The notes under the pieces were generated by a model. It was not told the origin of the DNA, did not search any database, and saw only the letters and a program-made list of their open reading frames with translations. Positions 52,601 to 63,570 of a DNA stretch of 64,000 nucleotides are shown in pieces (position 1 is the stretch's first letter; the number at the start of each line of letters is the position of its first letter). Source of the stretch: Podarcis vaucheri (lineage: Eukaryota). The stretch lies in assembly GCA_965113315.1 (NCBI GenBank), contig OZ220379.1, one strand, 5' to 3'. The position numbers were made by a program, and so were the translations under genes.

Positions 52601-55600
52601 ACCAGCATTGTTTCAAAAAGTTGTATGACTTTATGAACCATGGTATCTTCAGCCTGTAATCCTTTGGAAAGCATGACATCTATTATTGTTGACTGTAGAG
52701 TTCCATAGTCATGCTCTGGTATTATGACTCCAGGAAAGAGGTCAGATATAATCCCACTGAAAGAAGTGAAAGCAAAAGCTTTATTTGATTATTTAAAGTA
52801 TTTCTATCCCATCTCTCCTACCCTCAAGACAATACTTAAACAACAAAGCAGAACAATAGCCCACATTTTATGCAGCTTACCTGTGAATCCCCATTCTGTC
52901 CATGGTGGACTCTACAATATATTCAGTTTCATCAACCGATTTCCCCTTTACTAGGAGGTAAGTAGACTGTTCCCACCCTGGAACCACAGGAAAGGGGGAT
53001 TCCTAAGTAAACTCAAATTCCCCCTTTCTTCCATGAATCCAGGATGGGGCAATCTTGCAAGTAAGTATGCATAAAAGCAATGTACATCAACAGCAATGTA
53101 CTGTGTGACTGACTTTGGGAGATGCTGCCTTTGGGGAAAGGGACCTGCCAAAGGTAGCATCTGTTGATGTGTACGGCAGGTGTAGGACTGACCTCCACAT
53201 GCTGACCCTGTAGTTTTCCATAGAGCAGAGTTGGTTGTTGTGGCGATCACACAGGGTCCCCGGACGTTTGACGGTCTATTGATCCCTGTGCCACCACTGT
53301 GCTCACTTCCCTGCTGCCACCAACCCGTTTCTCTCGGGTACACACTAAGTCCAGACAGTTGTTAACATTAAACAAGTTTATTTTATAAGCCTTAACAAGT
53401 TTATGGTTTCAGATAATTTTTGTCAGTTTCTTAACCTTAGTTTCTTTACCGGCCTATCCCCTTCCTAATACCTTCTGACTGATTATCCCACTGTTTAACT
53501 GACTCCTCTTAACAGATTCTCTCACTCTCTCACAACAGACTAGCCCAACCCACAGACTTATCCTCCCTCTCTCTTCTCTAACTCCAGACTGGCTTCTTAA
53601 CAACTCTAACTCCTCCCCTTGGGTTCCTACTGGTTAATCATTTTACACTTAGTTAACCCTTTCCTTATGAACCCAGTATGATGTCACACACCTAGGAAGG
53701 CAAACGCCACAGTTGTACTCTAGGGAGAAAGCAATACAACTCTCAGAGGCTTCCACTCTTTGGGCGTGATATAGTTCTTCAGCCACTTCAGAATCTGCCT
53801 TTGGTAGACTTAAACAATGAAAACAGCAGGATGGCAGAGTAACAGATCTTGCTAAATAGGAAGGCATGCTTGTAACTGTGACAACAGCTCCATCTGGTAC
53901 ACAGGCTGAGACCCTACCTGCCTACAGACTGCCTTGCCAGAGTGGTGCATGCTCTAGTTACCTCCTGCTTGAACTACCACAATGTGCTTTACGTGGGGCT
54001 ACCTTCAAAGGTGACCCAGAAACTACAATTAATCCAGGATGTGGCAGCCAGACTGGTGACTGGGAGTGGCCGCCGAGACCATACAACACAGGTCCTGAAA
54101 GACCTACATTGGCTCCTAGTATATTTCTGAGCACAATTCAAAGTGTTGGTGCTGACCTTTAAAGCCCTAAACGGCCTCGGCTCAGTATACCTGAAGGAGC
54201 ATCTCCACCTCCATCACTGAGGTCCAGCTCCGTGGGGCCTTCTGGTGGTTCCCTCACTGCGAGAAGTGAGGTTACAACGAACCAGGCAGAGGGCCTTCTC
54301 GGTAGTGACACCCGCCCTGTGGAACACCCTTCCACCAGATGTCAAGGAAATTTTTTATGTTATAAACAAGTAAGTTTAAATATGCATACTGTTGAAAATT
54401 GTTGTGTAGTTAATTTCTATTGTCGTTTAATGCTTATCTTATAGCATCCCTACTGGAAATAACGGAAGAGTCATATTCACTTATGGAAAAATAAAGATTC
54501 TGTGATTAATTAAAGAAAACACTAATTTACTACGAAATGTACCTGAACAAAACAGCATCATCTGTAAGAAATTTTGGAAGGTTGGAATCTCGTAATGCTC
54601 TTATTAATACAACATCCTCATTCAGATTTGGATTCTCTCTCTTTAGTGACCTACAATTATAGAAACATTTTAAAGCATATATTAACAGAATTATGATTAC
54701 CAATAAAATTTATTTTTTTTTTAAATTGGTATGCATATTTTGGTTGGAGAACTGCATCATTAGATTTGCAGAAATGCAACTATGGAAGAATAGCTGCATT
54801 TCAGTTTATGTATTGGTTTAGAGAGCATGTAGATTAAATAGGTTCACATTAAAACGTGAACAAATTTCTCTCCCTGCCCCACCCCATCTCTACCTCTACA
54901 TTAATTAAGAGAAACAATCAGTGCTAGAGCTTTAATGCCACAAAGAACTTTAAATTTTTAACAACCCATATCGGCAAAAAAATATAAAATTTAGATACAA
55001 ATAGTAGTATGTAGTATGGCATTTTTATTTAAAACAAATGGGACCAATAAATAAGATGTATATATTTCTAAGCTGGGTAAGTAAATAAAATGTTTATACA
55101 GTGGTGCCTCGCAAGACGAAATTAATCCGTTCTGCGAGTCTCTTCATCTAGCGGTTTTTTCGTCTTGCGAAGCAACCCTATTAGCGGCTTAGCGGATTAG
55201 CGCTATTAGCGGTTTAGCGGCTATTAAAGGCTTAGCGGCTATTAAAGGCTTAGCGGATTAGCGGCTAAAAGGCTATTAGTGGCTTAGAAAAAGGGGGGGA
55301 AGCGGGGAAAAATCGGAACACTCGCAAGACGTTTTCGTCTTGCAAAGCAAGCCCATAGGGAAAATCGTCTTGCGAAGCAGCTCAAAAACGGAAAACCCTT
55401 TCGTCTAGCGGGTTTTCCGTCTTGCGAGGCATTCGTCTTGCAGTATGAAGATTCTTACCCAGCCATGACCAAAACAGATTTGACAGCTCTCATTCCAAAA
55501 TCATAGTGGTCCTGTTGAGAAAGCTGCTCACTACACAGTTTGTACATCTGAGTCATCTTTCTTGCAAGTGTTTTACTTGATTCAAATCCTTCTGAATACA

Positions 55601-58600
55601 AAATAACCTAAAGTACAAAAAAGGCATGTTGTGTGTTCTTACAAAATAAAAGTTTAACTATCGGCAGAGCATCAACAAGTGTACAATGTGACTCCAAGAG
55701 AAGGCTCAACAATATGCAGCTGAGAGGGAACCATTGGTCTTATCTGAAAGGTATTTCTACCTGAGTGTAATGATGTGCTAAAGAGGGTTAGTGCTCCCCC
55801 TAGTGCACGGCTCAGCAAACTTTTTTAGCAGGGGGCCAGTGCACTGTCCCTCAGACCTTGTGGGGGGGGCAGACTATATTTTGAAGGGGGGGAAATGAAT
55901 GAATTCCTATGACCCACAAATAACCCAGAGATGCAGTTTAAATAAAAGCACACATTCTACTCATGTAAAAACACGCTGATTCCCGGACCGTCCACGGGCC
56001 AGATTTAGAAGGTGATCGGGCTGAATCCGGCCCCCGGGCCTTAGTTTGCCTACCCATGCCCTAGTGAATAAACTAACTGTTGCAAACAAGACATACTAAT
56101 AGAAGTATGAAAAAGAGATCCTGGGGTGGTATTTCTCCTGATGTTCAACTATTGGCCCCCTTAAAGACAACTGTTCCAGTACGTTATTCCCACGTTGTAA
56201 TTTTCTGCTCTCAAACACTTTCTGCATAATCATACATATTAAAAGGTACCTCAGCAATCAAAGCATAGTTAGGAACCATCATTGAAAATGGCCTGAAAAG
56301 TGCTTTCAGATTGTCAGGTAATTCTGTCCGTCCAGCATAGCCGGGATTCATTGTAATGAAGGCCGCACAAGTCATCACCAATTTTATTTCACGTCCCTCA
56401 AACATAAACCGAGAGAGCTGTTTGAAAGAACAATTTAAGAACAATATTACATTGTGAAAATTATTAAGACCGTGAAACAGAGCTTCTGTTATCCAGAAAA
56501 CACAGAAATTACCTTAGCAGCTTTAGCGTTCCTAATGGTTATCAACTGTTGAGCAATAACAGATAGAACTTCAATATCAATTCGGTTGAATTCGTCAAAA
56601 CAGCACCATGCTCCAGATTGCGCCAAGCCGCTGAAGAAACGTCCCATCATCTGGAACAATAGTTCATCTTAGTTAACATGTCTCAGTTATCTCTCTCCAA
56701 AAGCTGTGATTTCAGGCAATAAACTCTTAAGGCATAGAATAAAAGGAGTGTATCTCTGTTGTTCACATGAGCACTGGGTTATATGTCCTCAGTTCTCTCC
56801 TTCTGGTAGTGCAAGGCATGAACCAAATACTATATAATTCTGCTCTAAAACCGATATAGTTATACTATCTACTACAATGGTATGCTGAGATCCGTAAATC
56901 ATTAAACATAAAAATAACCATAATGACTTAGACAAAATATCATTGTTGTGGTTTGTGTAGCCTAAATATGGCTTAGCTGCACACCTGAAGGTGACCAAGC
57001 TCACAAACCATACTTGTGGCCAACAAACCAGGATTTGAAGTTAGCTTGGCTAATCTCTGCTTCAATTAGGTAAAGGGTAAAGGGACCCCTGACCATTAGG
57101 TCCAGTCGTGGCTGACTCTGGGGTTGCAGCGCTCATCTCGCTTTATTGGCTGAGGGAGCCGGCGTACAGCTTCCGGGTCATGTGGCCAGCATGACTAAGT
57201 GACGGAAGCCAGCCGTCACAAATGGCGCAGTTTAGCATAAAATAAAGACACAGAGAGCCAGCAATATTTTCAGGATGGTATGAGCAGCTCCTTTTGAACT
57301 TCTCTCCTCTCCGGTATCTTTTATTATCCTTTGTTCTCTCCTCTCGCATGGCCGTTTGCCAATGTCTCACGTTACCTACATCCGGTCATGGCTTTTACCC
57401 ACCCATTCCCATATAAGGTTATGCACTTAATACACTGCAAGGCACGGACATGCAGGTCACCGAGGTCAGCGAGGCACCAGGTGGCGCTACAAGCCTTTGC
57501 CATGACTTCATGGCTCCCACAACTAAGCCGCTTCTGGTGAACCAGAGCAGCACACGGAAACGCCGCTTACCTTCCCGCTGGAGCGGGACCTATTTATCTA
57601 CTTGCACTTTGATGTGCTTTCGAACTGCTAGGTTGGCAGGAGCAGGGACCGAGCAACAGGAGCTCACCCCGTCGCAGGGATTCGAATCGCCAACCTTCAG
57701 ATCAGCAAGTCCTAGGCTCTGTGGTTTAACCCACAGTGCCACCCGCATTAATTGTGGCTTATTGCTACACCTGAGTGCTGTATCCTGCTTTAATGCTAGC
57801 TTGTTGTGTCTCTCTACACCTGCTGCCTGCCTGGTTACAAAGAAGCGAGGGAAGAGAGGACCATGAGCCAATCGAAATAGGTATCCTAAGTCTAGGGTGC
57901 CATGTGCAACACAGCTGGGTGCCAAGGGAATTTCATCTGGGATATATCCTCAAAAGATCCAACAGTTGCTAGTTAGTTTATCAGTAAGGGTAGTGTTGGT
58001 TGTGAAGACACTACTGTATTCCATCACAGTCATCTTGCCAACAGTCATTGGCGGTACAGTCCTATTGGGTTTTTTAAAGCACAGGTTATATTTCCTCTCA
58101 CAATCCCATACTTTACACCAACCATGAGCTCAGCATCCAACGGTTATTGCAGTGTCTGAAAATAATATTTGTTAATGGAAATTACAAATTGCAGGAACTT
58201 CACCAGCTCCATTAACATGAAATGCTACAGAACAATAAAGGTGTTCTCATATCGTGCTCCATACCTTGTAATCCAAGCCATCTGAGCAGTTAAACACAAC
58301 ACACTGGATGGCAAGCGCTTTTGCGAGGTCTTTGGTAGTTTCTGTTTTGCCAGTGCCAGCAGGTCCAGCTGGGGCTCCACCAAGGTCAAGTTGCAATGCT
58401 CCCATAAGGCAGAGGTAGCAACGATCCTGAGTCAAAGTGTAGAAAGTTACATAGGCATAGATACTGAACAGTGCTATGAAATTATGTCCTAATTTAAATA
58501 ACACAATTGTACTGCAGTATAATCTTCAACAGTTTGCACATTCCGCTCCTAAAAGCTAATAGCTTCAGTACGTATGAATTAGATCACTAAAAAAAAGCTG

Positions 58601-61600
58601 AGCCATTGGGAACATAATTCACTGAAGATATTTGACATATGGCCCAACACCAGTAGAAACTATTCCCACATACTTTCTATCAATAATGTACCTTTTACCC
58701 ACACTTTAGATAGACTTTAGATAGTTTGTGTTGTTTGCTGTTAGTGTGGTACTGTAGCTTTCTGCTGCTGTTATGAGGGGGGTTTCTTTGTGTGTTTTTA
58801 TGAACTGTGCGTGTTTTTGTGTTAATGTGTTTATATTATAATGTATTTTTGTTACACCTAGGGTTTTAAATAAGCTATAAGTCACTTGCAGACCTTTTTG
58901 TATAAAAAGCAACCAACAAGCTTAAATAATAACAATAGCCAAAAAAGAGTTAATTCAAATAAATAATAATATTTAGAGCTTCTTCAAATCATAATTTAAT
59001 ATGAGATGGTTAACCTTGTTCAAAATTTTGTGCATTGTTCAGCTATAGGTGGGGGCTGCTTTTGTGGAGAGTTGAAGGAGACATGAAGAAGCCCTGATTC
59101 CACTAATTCACTTATTTTGTGACCTCACCATCTTACTGGTCAAAACAGGCTTCCAAGCTATTTGCTGTGCTTCACAAACCTGCAAGAGCAGGCTGAACAG
59201 ACAAACTAGTGAAGCAACAGAAATTAGTTCCATGGATAATGATGTCTCTACTGTGTCACCTTCACATTTCTTAAGAACAATTATTAGTCTCCAGCCCTAG
59301 AGAAAGGTAATCTTGAGTTGACAACTTATCCCTGCAGTACCTTTTCCCCTCCCATAAGCGTACATGATGCTGTAACACGTTTATATGTCTATACAGGACA
59401 GTTTTTTAAAGCAATGTTATGTAAAGGTGAACACTATTTGTTAGCAATATCTAACAGAAAGTTCCAGTTTTCGCTTACATTTCATACTACATGCATGAGG
59501 TTGAGGGCAAGGTCTTACCGTGAGTGGGGTTATCACTAATCTTGGACATGCACCCAAGTATTCGTAGGCATAAGTGTACTGGGATAAAGCCATTCTAGCT
59601 ACACAGTTATCCAGATCCAGGTCCCAATAGTAACGCAGTTGCCTTTGCCAATCAAAGTTGTCAACAGAATCTACCTTTACGGAGAATATACAACATTTAT
59701 TAGATGCTGATTTTAAAGCTGCAACTGCACAAATATCATTTAAAAATTGTAATATACCTTCTGATTTACAAGTTCAGTAACAATGTCTCTTGCATGCACA
59801 TCAATAGTTATGAGCGCTGTTATGATGTTTCTGTGGAGCTTGGGAAGGATGCCACGAACTAGTGAAGCCAATGCATTTAATCTCTATGAAAGGAGAAGAA
59901 ATCACAATGTTAGGAAACATTTTCCTATTTTACTCAAGATAGTAACGTTTCAAAATGAAAGTGCTGTATCTACTGCTAATGTAAGTAGATTTGTTCCAAA
60001 AGGGGGAGAAGGTGGTTACGAATATTTTCGTCAGCAATGGCAAGAGCATCCAGGGTCAGGTAAAAACATTTTACTGCCCAAGGCAAAGGACAAGATGCTG
60101 CCCTCATTTCAGAAATAGAAGATGACTGGATTAGCAGCTGGATGATAAGACAGCATCCTCTTGAGATCAGCAGACCAGCTTAGGAGGTACAGGCAAGCTG
60201 TCTTCCAACATCTTGCCACCACTCCGTGTCCAACTTCTACCACAAGGGGTGGCCAAACTCACTCTGCCTAATGGAAAAGCCAGCCCTGTGTTAATCCTAT
60301 TTCGACCATTTTTAAAGATCATTGCAACGCCTATTAAGGAAGCACTGCTGTCACATAGCCAACTCAGATTGACTGGCCTAGTGCTTTGATATCACATTCA
60401 CGATATGACCCCTTACTGTCTGGGAAGTAGAAAGAAGCCCTAACCGGAGAAAAACAGACAACAGCAACAGACGGGAAGAACAATTTCGAAGAAAAGTCAG
60501 CACTTACATATTTAAGGATGGGAGAGACAGAATATTGAAAGAGATTAGATGTTATGGAGAGATAAAGTGTTGTTATTCTGAGTAAGTCAATGACTCTTTG
60601 AGCCAAGAGCCGCATTCCAATTTGAAAGAATAGTTTCGGAATGAAAAATACTCATTTTTTGAAATATCATCCAACATCACTTTAGTTTGCATTAAAAACA
60701 TCACATGTGGGCACTAAACCGATAAAAGGTGTCTTGTGATAAAAAGGCATTATCCAGGAAAACTGAGTTTAATCATACTTTGTGTGTTAACTGGCTAATC
60801 CATTGCAAGGTGTGGGTGTGGGTGTGGGTGTGTACACACATACCAGAAACTCAGGATACCACTGGATGAATCTGATGGCATAAAAACTTACACCATAATA
60901 CAGGGGTCAGCAACCTGCGGTCCATGGGCCACAAGTGGCCCACGGGGGTCGTTTAAATGGCCCCCGAACCAAGCAGACTGCTCGGCGAGCCCCCACACGC
61001 TGTGCTAAAGCGGCGCAGTGCAGGGCAGGGACTTGCTTCTGCAGTATTGGAAATCACATCTGTGCAGATGTGATCCGGCCCACGGAGCGATCTCCGCAGG
61101 AGTGAACCGGCCCAGGCGACGTAAGCCTTGCTGACCCCTTCCATAATACATTTGTTCATCTTTAAGGTGCCACAAGACACTGCTGGTTTTGCTGCAATAG
61201 ACAGAGAGATCCTAACCACAGCCAGGGAGCAGCAGAAGGAGAGTACCAGACTGACCAGGGCAGAAAGGAGGTGGGGGCATATTTTTGTTGTGCTGCAATG
61301 CCAGCTCCAGGATACTATGGGCAGTAGTTTCCCATAGGGCCCCCATCACATCAGGGCCCCCATCCCCACCAGTGGCACTTCTCTCCACCAGCGGAGGCCA
61401 GCAGCATCTGCCTGAGCAGCATCATGGCCAGCTCCCAGTGTCCCCTCCTCGTTCCTCCATTACCCCCACCCTTCCTAACCATGTGCTCCACCTTCACTCA
61501 GCCCCCTCTCACTAGTTGCCCCTACCTCCCCACTGCCAGAGCATATCCCTATTCTTGGGTGTGGTGGGGGAGGTCAAGCCATTGCCTCTCAAGGGCCCCC

Positions 61601-63513
61601 TAATCCAAAAAACCCTTCACTCCTCAACACGAGAGGGCAGTTAGGGTTGCGCTCTCATGTGGAAACTGCTACCCGGGACAGTTAATTAAAATTATGTCAA
61701 ACAGCTCCATACGATCAGTTTCAACCCCCCCCCCTTATGAACACTAACTTCAAAGTTTTCCTTTTCAAATTCTTCCAAAGCTTCTAAATGATCCTGTTCC
61801 TCTCCTTCTAAACACTGAGTCAGATCACGGCACCACATGAGCTGAGAAATGGTCAGCACGACCTATGTAAAAACAAAGCAAAAACAGGGCAGAATAAAGG
61901 TAGAGGCATCCACAGCTGAGAACTGCTTTCATTAACACTGTGCTCCTCCTTTAATTGCATAAATCCCCTTCGAATTTCTGTTCCACAAGCATCTTCCTGC
62001 TTAGTGCTCTTGTAGAACAGCTATTTTGCATGGCTCCCATCGATTTCAAGAGGGCTCATGCAGGAAGGTGATAGTCTTGGTCTGTGTCAAATGGTTCCCA
62101 GCTCTGGTCCACTATAAAAGCAGCAGCATTAAGTAACCAGGTAAGCTCCAAGTAGAAGATACTTTGGAGATATACTGAACTTTAAGCCCATAACCAGCTC
62201 AAAGAACCAGTATGTCCTCGAGACTAAGAAACAAAGCTCTCCCCCCCCCGACCACCACCATAAAGCAGTAACTGAGCCTGGTTACCTGAGAAGGATGTCC
62301 AGCGACAACCCAATGTACTCTCTCCTTCGTCTGATAATCAGCAATGGCAGCTTTGCTCAGGCGGCGAAGGGAAGCGAACATTGCTTCTTCAACTTTACCA
62401 AGCCAGTCTTCAACATTTCCCCTGGCTTTAAGTCCTTTCCCTAAGCCAACCTAGAAAGGCAAGTCTTGCACTTACTATGAGGGTAACTTGGTGCTTTTTT
62501 TAATGTAACTTAACTGATTTCTCCTTAACTGATTAAAGACACAATGAATAATACACCTTTATGCAATGTATTTTTATTATTTCAAATATATATAAAATAC
62601 AGAATAAATCTAGGAAACACTAATAATCCTATACCGTGAATTATAAACATTGCAACTATCAGGTAGTGAACTGAGCAGAACGGAAAGCAAGAGGCAACTC
62701 TCCCACATTTCACAGCATTCTGGTGCAACCAATAAATTGAATCCAAGATGGGGCTATGCAGACAAAGAGGGGGAGCTATGAAGAGAGGATATCTCAAGCA
62801 GGGGTTGCTAAGGACAGGGTGTAGGCTTACTTACTTTATCCAGCACAAGTGAACTTTTGCTATTCTCTCCTAAGGGTAAAACTAAAATGTTGGAGATGGC
62901 ACTGCAATGACAGGTAAACCTTCCCCCACACTTGACCCTAGGCTGCCTGGGTCACAGACACAGATTCTGCAGGAGTGTCTTCTTCTTCGGCGATCATTCA
63001 TAGCCAAGTAAGATCGTCTTCCATGAACACGGTCTTAACAGTGAGTCAGTAAGTGACTGTGGAGGTCAATTCTGGATCCACATGTTCCTCCTCAGTGGGG
63101 ACATAGGTTTCGGGGCAGGAGTTGATCAGTGAGCTGGTTGGTTATAGCTTATCATAAACAAAAATGATGTTCCTGTTTTGCTCTGCCCTGGGAGCAACAA
63201 TCAATGAAACTTGTGGTTTGCTTCTTGCCAAAAAAACCATGAGCAGAAGGTAAGGTTGATTCTTAAGTTTACTACTTATGGTTTATTTGGAGAAAAACCA
63301 CAAGGACTGGTTCACACATCACGCTAAATCAAGGTTTGCTGCTCACAGCCCCAGGCAGGGTGGAATAAAAGCGGAGTGATTCAGAAGCACACACTGTTAT
63401 GCTGCTTGCTCATGGCAAGTCATAAAATTCATCTTATCATAATGTGTATGCATTACATACAGAGGAGCAATATTCTTCCTACCTTCCCCACATAACACTT
63501 CCTGCTGTAAAGA

Positions 63514-63570
<57 letters not shown>

